Of a stretch of DNA of 64,000 nucleotides, positions 12,317 through 24,320 are shown piece after piece (position 1 is the stretch's first letter; every line of letters begins with the position of its first letter). Where the stretch lies: positions 393,766,067-393,830,066 of the forward strand of contig NC_133617.1 in NCBI RefSeq assembly GCF_048593235.1, in the 5' to 3' direction. The position numbers and the translations under genes were made by a program. The notes below the pieces were generated by a model, which worked only from the letters and a program-made list of their open reading frames with translations, had not been told where the DNA came from and did no database searches. This DNA comes from Sminthopsis crassicaudata (Eukaryota).

Positions 12317-12507
12317 AAGGTGCTTTGTTCAGGGGCGTGGATTTCCTGTCCTTCAGTGTGGCACCATTTCTGTAGCACCACATTGCCCTACTTCTTCCTC
12401 CCCTTCCCCCTCTCTGTCTATGACCCACAGGTACAGGATTTTCCCCCTGTCCTGCTGTCTCTGGCCAGAGCCATGGGATGTCCAACGGGTTTTGTGTCTG
12501 CCCCCAG

Positions 12508-12631
12508 GTTCTGTCACCAGCTGGATTTCTCCACCAGTGGAGCGCTTTGTGTGGCTTTGAACAAGGCAGCGGCTGGCAGGGCCTACAAGTGCTTCAAGGA
12601 ACGGCAGGTCACCAAAGCCTATCTTGCCCTG
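12508..12631 (+). CDS. RPUSD1: RPUSD1 coding exon 2 (catalytic HQLD motif)
   Basis: (R)FCHQLDFSTSGALCVALNKAAAGRAYKCFKERQVTKAYLAL. cccccag| acceptor, |GTATGT donor, 124 nt, phase 2 to 0. Confidence 0.97.
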
Positions 12632-14514
12632 GTATGTGACCCTAGGAGTATGAGAGTGAGGTTGTACCTTGCTAGGTTTAGGGGGTTGGAAGGTGGGGGA
12701 GTGAGAAGTGCAGGGGAGGTGGAGGTGGCTTAGTTTATGGGGCCTTCAATGGCCATTACCAGAGATGCCCTTACAACTTTAGCCATCCCCCACACTAATA
12801 ACTTTGATAGGTTATGAAAGTAAACTTGGGATATTTGGGGGGAAATCCCTAAATTAGTCATATTTCTCCTTTGCTTGAAAACTTTCAAGTGGGTCCCCCA
12901 TCCATTCCATGATCCATGGGTCCATGGGTCCCTGACATTCAAGCCCTTCCCTGCTTCCTTCCCTTCACCACTCCACTTTCCAGCCAAAATGAATGATTTG
13001 TTCATCTCTGCCTTCCTGTTTCTGTGACACTCCACAGCTGGAATGTTTCTCCCTCATTGCCTCTCTCGGTGGACTGCCTCCCTGCCCTTAAGGTCCTTTA
13101 AAAATGGTGCTTTTTCTATGAAGTTTTCTCAAATGATTTCCCCCCTCATCTGAGTTTATAACACGTGGTACCTCTCTTAGGTACTCATTGTCTGTTACTT
13201 ATATTAATGTTATGCATCCAGAAAAATCCTCATTATTGTCATTGTTATGAACCCTGTTTAATCTTCACTCCTTCTAAGGGGCCTTCCCTGACCATTCTAG
13301 CTTACGCCAATCTCTTCAACTCCTACAGTAATTCATTATTGTCACTCAATTCAACACCTGGTCACAAATTATCTCTTATAGTGTGCTCTATTTCAAATCA
13401 GATAATTTGCAAATTATTCTTCCCCAGTGCCTTGCAAATAGTAGATATTTGTTCTTGACAATATCTTGAGAGAAGGAAAATAATGAAGTGCCCTTGAGAG
13501 AGACAGGGTCCTTCCCTGGAGATTACCCAGGGAGGGACACATTCCCCATTTATTCTGGAAAGGTCAGTTTTTCATTCACCAAACCTACTCTGCCTAGTGT
13601 GTGACTGGTTTTAGTTAGGCATTGTAGGACAAGGCAAAGATATAAGTGAAATAGAGCAACTTTTCCCATTCGTGACCCAGTTTTCACTCAAGAAATTTTT
13701 ACATGATCCTGTGTATATATAAGTATATAAAATAGGTATACAAACCAAACATTTACTGATAATAAATCATAATTTCACAACCCCCACATTCAGTTACAAG
13801 ACTCCATTTGGGGTCATCCACACTTTAAGAAGCTGGAAAATAAAATATGCTACAAGCTGGAGGGAGTAGAGGCATTTATATAACATTTACCATGTGCTAA
13901 GCACTTTCTTTTGGTAATTAATTAATTTTTTTCTTTACACATAACTGAAAGTGATGTTACAGTACATAAGTTATCTACAACTGTGCAGTAATGTATTGCA
14001 CAATAAATTACCTAGAAGACAGCAAAACTATATCATTAATATGCTAAACACTTTATAAATTGTCTGATTTGAAATAGAACACACTATAAGAGATAGTTTG
14101 TGATCAGATGTTGATTTGTATGGCCATAATTAATTGATGTAGGAGTTTGGAGGGACTAGTATAAGGATAAAGAGGTCAGGGAAAGCCCCTTAAAGGAGGG
14201 GAAGCTTGATGATGATGATATGTATTTCTCTAGTACTTTGGGGTTTAAAAAATTTCCTCCCATCAATCCTGTAAGTTGGGTAGTGTAAATATTTTCCCCA
14301 TTTTTCAGATGAGCAAACTCATGTGTAGAGAAATCAAATAACTTCTTAGGACAACACAGTAAGTATTTAGTTCAAAATTAGAATCCGGGTCTCCTAGGTC
14401 CAAATGGGCCTGTTCTGTTTTGTGAGCCTTCTTATAGAAATAAGTACTAAATTGGCATTTGGTAAATTGTTTTGAACTATTTTCAGGGTGCATGATTTCT
14501 TTCTTATTCCAAAG

Positions 14515-14617
14515 GTTCGAGGCCATGTGCAAGAGAGCAGAATGACCATCAACCATGCCATTGGGAAGAATACTACAGAAGGCCTGACCCACATGATGTG
14601 TATTGAAGGGACAGAAG
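14515..14617 (+). CDS. RPUSD1: RPUSD1 coding exon 3
   Basis: VRGHVQESRMTINHAIGKNTTEGLTHMMCIEGTE(G). 103 nt, phase 0 to 1, canonical AG/GT. Confidence 0.96.
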
Positions 14618-15391
14618 GTAGGGAGCCTGGACCTTCTTAGCCTCCTTTCACTGAACTGCCCTGAATGTGCCCTTAACTCTCAGGCTAAAAGAGTCTTTCC
14701 CTCCCTGATGGATTCTTCTGTGAAAGCAAACTAGGCCATCTTTTATCTCAACTCTCACCTAGCTTTGACAATGGAATGGGTGTTGCCTCAGACAAACTTT
14801 GGCTTTAGCTTTGGCTTTAAAAGGCCTAGGTCTCCCATTGCATCCATAGCCATCACCAGTCGTCTTGATCTGTGTCTTGCCACTGGACTCAGATAGTTCT
14901 GGAGGGGAAAATGAGGCAGGTGATTTTGCATACCCCTCCCTCACTTGAAAGTCAAGATACTACCTTCTTGGAGTCATTGGTCCCTTTTGAGAACAAAGGA
15001 TGAACAACAACAATTTTTTTTGTTGCATAACCTTGAAATGTAAACTTCCACAGAGCAGGACCAGGGTCTGAGTAGGTTATGTTTTATTCTATATGGATGA
15101 ATTTCATTTTAGGGCCATACTTTATCATTAAGCCAATATTGAACAACCAGGAACAGCTTCTGAGGCAATAATACATTCTCAAGGAATCCATGGTCTAAGG
15201 GCACAACAGATAGACATGTTGTCTAAGGAAATGTGCCTACTGAAAGGAAAGGGACAGTCCAAGGATTCATATGGGTCTGTGAGAGAAGAACATGGGAAAT
15301 CCAGGAGGGCCTTTCTGCAGATCCTCTTGTTTAAGCCAGGATTTGCAGCTGGGCATCCCATAATCTCTCTTTTCCTATTCTTACTCCCCAG

Positions 15392-15493
15392 GCTGTGAGA
15401 ATGCCAAACCTTGCCTGACAGAACTAACAGTCCTAGAGCGTGGGGTGTATGATGGTGATCCAGTCTCCAAGGTCCTCCTCCAGCCCCTCACAG
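15392..15493 (+). CDS. RPUSD1: RPUSD1 coding exon 4
   Basis: (G)CENAKPCLTELTVLERGVYDGDPVSKVLLQPLT(G). 102 nt, phase 1 to 1, ctccccag| and |GTAAGG. Confidence 0.96.
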
Positions 15494-18153
15494 GTAAGGT
15501 AACCACTACCTCACAGTTCACTTGGCCAAGGTCAGGGGAGCCATCTGAATGTTTTGTAGTAAGGAGGTGAGACAGGTGACTGCTTCTGAAGAAATTAACT
15601 TTGTGTGGTGGGCTGCCCCAAGATTGCATAGTGAACTTCCCCACTTAGGAAAATTTAATATCTCCATAACCCTGAATAGTTATAAAGTACTCTCACAAAT
15701 ATTCTCTCATTCAGTCTTATGCCATAATAGGAATTGTCTTATATCTGGAAAATTGAGACTTAATAAGACCTGGTGACTTAAGAGACTGGTATTCATAGCT
15801 TAAAGGTCTCTTTGACATTTTCTAGTCTAACCTTTTCATTTTAATTTATTTTTTAACTTAGTTTTTTTTTTTTTTTAAATAAGAAAAATTTATTGTTTCT
15901 TCCTCCATTGGGGAAAAAAGAAGCAAAAAGGGGAGAAAAACTCATGTAAGAAATAGGATAGTTGAGCAAAACAAATTCCCTTATTGGTTATATCCAAAAA
16001 AAATATACTTTATTCTCTACGCTGAATCCATCACCTCTCTGCCAGGCTGTGAGTAATAGCCTTTTATCATCCTTTTGAATCTTGAATTAGACATATTATA
16101 GATTAGATTAGTGTTATAAATGAAGTAGCTAAATTGCATAAGTGGCAGGGCTAGGATTCAAAACCAGATTTTTTTTTGACTGATTATATTATTGTTATTA
16201 ATTGACATTTATACATGGGATCCCAAATGCTATTTTAAGTTACTGAAGCTTACTCTTGTAGCATTTTTAAGACTTATAAAATACTTTTCCCCCATTATTT
16301 TCATTTGATCCCCACAACAATTATGTAAGGGAAGGTTATTTCATATGCTTCTACATCCATTCCACAGATAAGTAATCTGAGGTTCAGAATGACTTGTCCA
16401 GGCTTACAAAAATGAATTGTGTTAAAGAAAGGATCTGAACTAAGGAATTTCTATAGTACCCACCTTGTAAATCTCAGCTGGAAGAGAATTAGCACCAGGT
16501 GCTTTGTCACATGAAAATAATCTAATAGCCTTATTCATCACTTCAGTCCTACCTTCCCCAACATGGCCTCCTATGGCCACACGAGGGAAATGGGGTGGGC
16601 ATATAACTCATCAACCTTGCCACACGCTGACCCCCTTCTCCTTCCAGCTGACATTGTGGTTGTGGTGTATACCCCGAGCTCTGAGCAGGGACAGCCTCAT
16701 CCCCAAATCCCACCTCTCTTTCAGACTTCCCTTTCATTGACAGGTACCACAATGCTTGCAGTTACTTAGGGTCACTTGATACATTTTGCCATTTCTATCC
16801 CAACCACATCTCCTTTTCTGTCCCCTTTTCTGTACTTACACAGCCACCAGTCTAGTTCAGGCCTTCGTTACCTTTAGGGACATTTCCATAGCTTTCTAAG
16901 TTTTCTGCCCTGCCTCAAGTCCCTCCCTTCTCCAATGCCTCCTCCCTTCGGCTGCCAAACTGAAAACTGATTCTCCTAAAAGCACCATCTGACCATAGTA
17001 CTCCATAAATTCTAATGACTTCCTATTGACTCTAGGATCAAATACTATTTCGTTTTTACCACATCCCTTTTAAAGTGTCCATTTTTTTTGCTTAAGTTTT
17101 ATAATGTTATCATTATTATGGTGGTGCATATATCTCATTTATGAATAAACAAAAAAATATTGGGGATGTGTACTAAAAAAATTTTTGCTCATAGGGATAT
17201 ATTTTCAAAAAATTTGGAGCCTGCAAGTCTGGAGAGTGGTAAAGGATAAAATATGAGCAGAGGAAGTGAGAGTAATAAAAGGAAAGCGAAGAGTTCTTTT
17301 GATCTGGGAATGATTGCTTCCCATCCTATTTAGGTGGAGGTTGGAGAAAAGGAGTTTCAAGTACCCATCACTGACCCCAAGCCCCAGAAAACTTGAGCTG
17401 TGAGATGCCTTAAGAAAAGCCCTGGACTTGCCCCAGCTCTGGCTCCACCTGTCAGGTGTGTGCCCTGCCCCTCAAAGACCCTGTAAATGTAAACAATGAT
17501 ACCTTCACTTCCTACTTCCCAACTCTTTGTTTTTAAGTTTTAATTTAACTATTTAAGTTTAACTATTAAGCTATAGAAATGTGATCTTTCATTAAGAGAC
17601 AGGTAAGTGATGTGATGAATAGAGTCCAGAAGTAGAGCCTGGAAGGCCGGGGTTCAAATTCTACTTTGGACATTTACTAGCTGTGTGACTGGCAAAAAAA
17701 AAAAAAAAAAAAATCACTCAGTCTCTTTAAGGTTTCAGTTTGTTTCCTTATCTGTAAAAGAAAAGGGCCCAGACTCATTCGGCTCATATTCTTTTCCAAC
17801 TTGAAATCCTATGAGTCAGACTAAAAGACTTCTCCAATTAGGAAAGATGGGTTAGCATCTCAGTAAAGGGATGAAGGCAGATGACGGCCCCTGTCTGCAA
17901 AAATGTACAGATAAAACCGTAATCTGAAGGAGGAGATTTCAGGACAAATCATAGGCCTTTGTGATTTGGGGCAAGCCACTTTCCTTTTCTGTAAAGAGGT
18001 AAGAGAATGGGTCTAGATTTCCTCCCAGGTCTTCCAGGGCAAAATGCAGTGATCCTAAGGCAGCGAGAGGGAGGATGATTTCAGAAAGGGCCAGTTCCAG
18101 AGGGAGGGCTGGCTCTGGGCCAGAGGTGTTCTTGATGCTGTGTTCTCCCGAAG

Positions 18154-18554
18154 GCCGGACGCATCAGCTGCGAGTACACTGCAGCAGCAGTGGGTACCCC
18201 ATTGTGGGCGACTTCACCTACAGCTTCAAGAAGGATAGCCGCCCATTCCGTATGATGCTGCACGCCTTCTACCTCCGCATCCCCACGAGCGGGGAGCTCA
18301 TTGAGGTGAGCACGCCCGACCCCTTTGTGCCCACGCTGGATGCTAACTGGCAGCCCCAGCAGCTTGTCCACTCCCTGGAAGAAGTCATCCAGACCCTGAA
18401 GGCTGCAATGGACCCACCCCCTGAGGACACTTCACCTCTGCCCAAGGTTGGCCCAAATGTGGTCACTCAGGAGACCAGCGCCAAAGAATCGGAGGAACAG
18501 CGGGCCAGATGCCAGCAGTGGTTGGCTGAATGGGCCGTGGAACCAGAGAACTGA
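18154..18554 (+). CDS. RPUSD1: RPUSD1 last coding exon (total CDS 912 nt, 303 aa)
   Basis: (G)RTHQLRVHCSSSGYPIVGDFTY...FRMMLHAFYLRIPT...CQQWLAEWAVEPEN*. GRTHQLRVH is the RluA-family motif. Acceptor ttctcccgaag|, TGA at 18552-18554. Confidence 0.96.
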
Positions 18555-20972
18555 ACTGCTCCCACCCCTTTGTGTCCTTGGAAAGGAGCTTGGTGATGTG
18601 CCATTAGGAAGCCCGACCCATTCCCTCTTTCTAACCCAGATCTTGAGTGTGGAGGAACAGGGACTTCCTGGGGGGCTAGGCTCAGCCAGAGAGGGGTTTC
18701 TTCTCCCTCCCTCCCTCCCCCATCAGCCTCCCTTCTCCTGTAGCCAGTATTTCCAAGCCTGAGAAAGCTGAACATCAGCATCATTCCCAAGAGGTTGGGA
18801 TAGGTGAGTTAGTTTCAAGCTGGTGCCATAAAGGAAATAGCTAGCTAACCCCTGATTGCTCACCCCTGAGCACCTACAGTTCACAGACAGAGAGGTGCAT
18901 TCACTGTCCTGAGTGGGAGAGGGAGTATGCATCAAATGTTTCCTTGTCACATCTGCAGGCACTGGGTCAGGAGTCAGGAAGCCCTTAGTTCAAATCCAGT
19001 GTCAGACACTTATTTGCTAGGTGATCTTGGATAAGTGACTTAACTTTTACCTCGGTTTCCTCATCTATAAAATAGGGGTCATAATAGCACTTCCAGGCCT
19101 GTGGTGAGGATCAAATGAGAGAATATCTCTAAAGTGATTAGCTTCGTGCCTGGGACATAATAAATGTTATATAACTGCTATCATTATTATCATCACTGTG
19201 TGTCGGGAGATTATCCAAAATGAGGAAAGGGAAAAAATAATCTCCCTTGGAAGTTTTGGCTTCTCTGACCTGAGAAACAAAATTTCTTGTTGAAAATAAT
19301 TCAGAAGGCAGAGCTTATCACTAGGCTATCTGCTCACAGTCACCCCCATTTTATAAATGAGAGAACTGAGGTCCAGAGAGGTTACTCTTCAAGGTCACCT
19401 AATTTCTTAGCCACTTTTCCTGATTCCTCTAGAGTGCCTGTGTTTGGGGGAAAGGGTTTTTTTTGTTTTGTTTTAATCAAGATAGGGTGGGAGTGGGAGG
19501 GCAGGGTGCAAGGGTAATTTTTCACTATAGTAGAGCATGGACGCCACATTCCAGATTTACTTGGACCACCTGTCACCATGGGAATAGAGGAGGTTGATGA
19601 AGTTCATATAAGGATGTTGTTCCACTCAGTCTCAGGTACTGGCTGGCACTGAGCCCCTTCCCACTACCCCTTGCCCACCCAGACAGGACAGATCCTAAAG
19701 TGTGGGAAGTGCTCTGGGGAGGGAAATCTCTTAATTATTCCATGTGATAGAGTGTAGAGCGATCTTTCACCAGGAGAGGGCACTAGGAGTCCACAGGTGA
19801 TTAATGCTCCCAGCTCAGGTTGGGAAGCTGGTCTTGCAGCTATTTATGTCTGGTTCTCACCTGGCCCCCAGAGCCCTATCTGATTAGAAAAGGCTCAATC
19901 TCCAGGACCTCTGTACCCAGAACAAAGTGTTTGGGTTATTTCTTCCCCCAATATCTAAGTCATTTGCCAAGTCCTTTTGATTTTAGCCCTGTAACCTGAT
20001 TCATCCTTTCCTGTCCATTCTGGATGTTACCATTCATTATCCTTGATCAAGGCTGTCAAAATAGCCTCCTATCTGTTCTCCTTGCCTCCATTCTTTCCCT
20101 TTCAGTGCTATTTCTTATGCACTCTAATCATGTTGTCTCTTGCTGGGTTCCCTCTTGTCTCTGAGCTGGAGTCCAAACTGCTGATCCTGGTCTTGCCAGC
20201 CTTTCATCATCTGGCTGTTAAGCTTTTAAGCCTTATCGCCTGCTCTCCCCTTTCATATCTCCTCTGCTTCAGCCAGTATTATATTTTAACCACGCCAGGA
20301 TCATCCCTGGCCATAGCCTCTTGCTTGGGCTTTGTACTCTGTTTAGAAATGTCCTTGCCCTCTCTCCCTTTTGAAATCCCTCTTGTCCTTTTAAGTCAAT
20401 GAAATGCTATGGATTGGATATTTAAAACAAAAAGAGAAATTAGAGCTCATCTTGCCCAATCATATCATTTTACAGGAAACTGAGGCACAAAAAGGGTTTT
20501 TTTTTTTTTTAAGTGACTTGCCCCTCCTCATTACTCACAGTCAGCAATCCCAGTTCATCCTCTCAACACCTTGTGCCAGGCCTTCTACCCTGTCTTCTTG
20601 ACTCAGATTTCGTCCTTCTCAAATCCATTCTTCCTATGACAGCTGAAGTTATTTTCCCAAAGTGCAGGTATGACCTTGTCATTTCTTTACTCAAAAAAAG
20701 CTGTGGTTTCCTATTGTTTTTTGGGTCAAATAGAAACTGTGGTATTTAAAAGTGGCCCCAACCTTGTTAGATATCAGTCCTATTCCTATACACTGGGCCT
20801 CCTGCTGTTTGCCCTGGCTCTTCCCACACCTGGCATTGACCCCCTCCCTACCTCTGCCTCCCTGCACAAGATTCAGTGGAGCATCTGCTAAGTGAAGCCT
20901 TTATTCCATTCCCCTATCCCCCCAGTACTAGTCCTTCCTCTCCAAACTACTTTGTAATTAAAGCATTTATAT

Positions 20973-21152
20973 CAGGGGTTCTCAAACTATGGCCTTCAGG
21001 CCACATGCAGCCTGCTGAGGACATTCCGTCGGTTATGGCAAATGGGCTGAGGGGCGGAGACAGAGTGAGTTTTTGGTTTTATTATAGTCCGGCCTTCCAA
21101 TAGTCTGAGGGACAGTGAACTGGCCCCTATTTAAAAAGTTTGAGGGCCACTG
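20973..21152 (+). mobile_element. Non-autonomous hAT MITE of OposCharlie1 (OC1) type, inserted in an L2 remnant
   Basis: TIRs CAGGGGTTCTCAAACT…AGTTTGAGGGCCACTG. 8-bp TSD atttatat/ttttatat. Internal sequence recalled as the OC1 MITE. Confidence 0.75.
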
Positions 21153-22262
21153 TTTTATATAGTATGTATTTAATTTAATTTATATAACTGTGTTCTCTTC
21201 CCAATAAGAATGTAAGCTCCTTGAGGGCAGGGAGTGTTGAATTTTTGTCTTTGATTAGCACAGTGCCTGGCACATAGTGGGTACTTAATAGTTAACTGAT
21301 TGATTGCCCAGTGTCACTCAGGTAATATGTAGTAGTCAGGATTTGAATCTAGGTTTTCCAGCTCCAAATTCAGTACTCTTTTTCCAGAAGCCTTTCCTGA
21401 CACTCCCCCTCACCCCCTTCCCAGCTCAGAGTGAACTTCCCCTCAAAGCTGACTTACATTCTATGAGGATACTGCCGGCCCTCTCTTCCCAACTAGATTG
21501 TGAACTCTCTGAGGGCAGAGAGGGCATCTTCTTCTGTCCTGAAAAAAATAACCTCACACAGGGCTGAAAATATGGTTGATGTTCAATAAATGAAAATTTC
21601 AAAGAAGCTCATGCACTGATTTTTCAGTGAGGGGTAATAAAGCCAGCCACAGACTTCAGTAGAGATTTATGGTCTAGCCCCAAGGGCCAGCTCCTGCCAC
21701 CCAGGAGGGTCTCCTTCCAGCACGGCCCCTTACTTTCCCCATCTGACTCAGAGGGGAGGCTAGTGAGTGGACTTTGTGGATATGGGTATCTTCATGTAGC
21801 ACAAATCTGTGCCAGATTGTCTCCAAGCAAATGAAGATCTGTGAAGGATCCAGATCTAAAAATTGTGTCAGACCGTTAGCAGTTTTTCCTGATCCCCCAC
21901 CTCTTCAGAAACCATCCTTGGCCGGTATTTTGCTCTTGATCCTCGGGCTAAAGCCTTTCATTATTTTTAACTTCTCCATCACTGTGAGCCTCACCTTGAG
22001 GCAGCCAGCCTCCCAAACACTTCTAGCCAGTAATCCTATGTGATTTCTTGGGACGGAGACCAGCTTTGCCTGGTTCTTGATGCCCCCTTCTCCTTACAAG
22101 AATGCCCTTTATCCATCATTGGTTCATCCTACAATCCTTGTCATCAGCCATTCAGGGAACTTCATGCATTAAATGACAATGTTGCACCTATATTCCTATA
22201 TAATTGCTATCCAATTTCCCCCTTTCTCAGCCAAGGGAAAAGCTAAGAATAAAAATGGAGTA

Positions 22263-22624
22263 CAGTTATCCCTTTCCACCTCATGATTTTTCCCATCACA
22301 GTTTTGATATATTATGGTTCAGCATAAGAAAGAAGAGGATGTTTGGGGGCAGTTTTGTAGAAGGTGGCCAGTAGACAACACAGAAAAAATTTAGAAACTC
22401 AGAATTATAAAATATATGTATAGCCTATGACCAAATATTTAACCCAAATTGTCCAATAAGGCAAATATACTTTAAAAAAAAAAATCAGACTTCTCTGGTA
22501 TGAAGGGAAGGCCAAAAAAATTTAAGTGGATTTTCCAGATCTCCCAGGGAGGGGATAGGTTGAGGTGGTCATGGATTAGGGGACTTGCCATATTCCTAAA
22601 CCTTTCATAAAAAAGGGATAACTG
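22263..22624. mobile_element. Tc1/mariner (Tigger-like) MITE
   Basis: 13-bp perfect TIRs CAGTTATCCCTTT / AAAGGGATAACTG with a TA target-site duplication on both sides. Confidence 0.85.
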
Positions 22625-24104
22625 TAATTGCATGATATAATGAAAAGATGACTGGATTTCATGACTGAGGATTTGGATTCATCATCTACCTCAGCTACTT
22701 ATCTCAATTACTTGGAGCAGGCGAGTCAAATAATTTCTCTGGGCTTCAGCCTCTATATCTTTAATAGGGAATTGAGCTAAATGATGTCCAAGGTCCTTTT
22801 TAGCTCCAAACCTGTTCAAGCTAAAAATGTCATTCTCATCAATTCAAAAGTCAGATCATCAACCCAATGCAGAAGGCATTCTGAAGATAACAACAAAATC
22901 TTTTCCTATACAGCCTCATAAAAGAATGAAATCTCAAGTCTGTCCTTGAAACTCAGGCATTCATCAATCCAGGCCTCAAGTGTTCTCAATTCCCAATCCA
23001 TTAGTAAATGGTATAGCTGATTGAGCAATGGAAAGCCAGTGAAGCCCAGGCTTTAAAAAAAAAAAGGCCAAAAGAAGGGCCAAGAATAATAGTGTAATTC
23101 AATCTGAGCATTAAATGTGCATCATGTCTCCTTTTATGCCGTAACCTTTTCATCTTTTTTTTTTTTTTGCTCTTAATGAACACTTGGGCTCAGTGTTAGA
23201 ACTATCACAGAATAAAAGCCCAGACCATCCTCAGTCCTTTGATGATTATAAATATAGATTAATGAATTTATGTCATATGCTCATTCACTGACGTCATGCA
23301 TGAATAGAGGCTACCTGTGTCATCTGGATCGTTATAAAGTTGTTCAGAAATAGTCACACATCTTTGTTTATTTAAATTAATTTTCTCCATCATGGTTTAA
23401 GGACAGAAGTAGAGTTCTGTTGTTTTCAGTCATGTTTGACTTCTTGACCCCACTTGGGGTTTTCTTGGCAAAGATACTGGAATAGTTTTCCATTTCCTTC
23501 TTCAGTTCATTTTACAGGTGAGGAAACTGAAGCAAACAGGGTTAAGTGACTTGTCTAGGGTCTTACAGTTCTTGGGTCTGGATTTGAACACAGGCCTTTC
23601 TGATTCCAGACCTGGTGCTCTAACCACCAAGACACCTTGTCCAAAGGTAGGTTACCACAATGGAAAGCGTACTAGCTGTGCTAAGGGGGAAGACCTGCTT
23701 TGATGCTTACTACCTGTTTGACCTTGGGCCTCAGATTTCTCATCTCTTAAAATGAAGGGGTTTTATTTTGTGTTATGTACATAGAAAAAATTTTTTGGTT
23801 TGTCTTTTTGTTTCTATTACTTAAATTCAAAATGAACAAAAATGTAAAAATAAGGGGGTTGTGTTGGATAGTTTCTGCAGTCCATGATTCTGTGACCCAA
23901 TTTAAAATCTTTTTTTTTTTTTAATTTTTTTTTCCCACCAGGCCAGAAGTGCAGTAGTTACTTATAGACCCAATCCCAGTACTTATTAGTGTAGAAGCTT
24001 TAATCTACTTCATTTTTTCTGACCTGGTTAGTTCAGTCTGATGCAGATTTGTGCAGATCCATATAAATTTTAGCCCTACCCTAGCTTAGAACTCCCAGAC
24101 TTTG

Positions 24105-24320
24105 AAAAATCTATCTATTGGCTAGAAGAAAATAATAAAGTTTATCTAGAAGAACAAAAGGTCAAGAATTTCAAGAGAATTAATGAAAAAAATGTAAATG
24201 GCCTAGCTGTACCACACCTAAAACTATATTATAAAGCAGCGGTCATCAAAATCATTTCGTATTAGCTAAGAAACTGAGTAATGGATCAGTGGAAAAGGTT
24301 AGGTTCACAGGACAAAATAG
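24105..24320 (+). mobile_element. LINE-1 ORF2 internal fragment
   Basis: Degenerate KNKRSRISRELMK…GLAVP.LKLYYKAAVIK…DQW.RLG motif. Confidence 0.8.

Noticed and set aside
18190-18215. GYPIVGD in RPUSD1 where human has GHPVVGD
   Set aside because: An aromatic residue here is seen in other RluA-family enzymes as I recall, and the catalytic Asp and GRTHQLRVH are intact. Not evidence of inactivation.
19159-19164. AATAAA as the RPUSD1 poly(A) signal
   Set aside because: It lies within a MIR-like repeat where this hexamer is common, so it cannot be assigned without 3'-end data.
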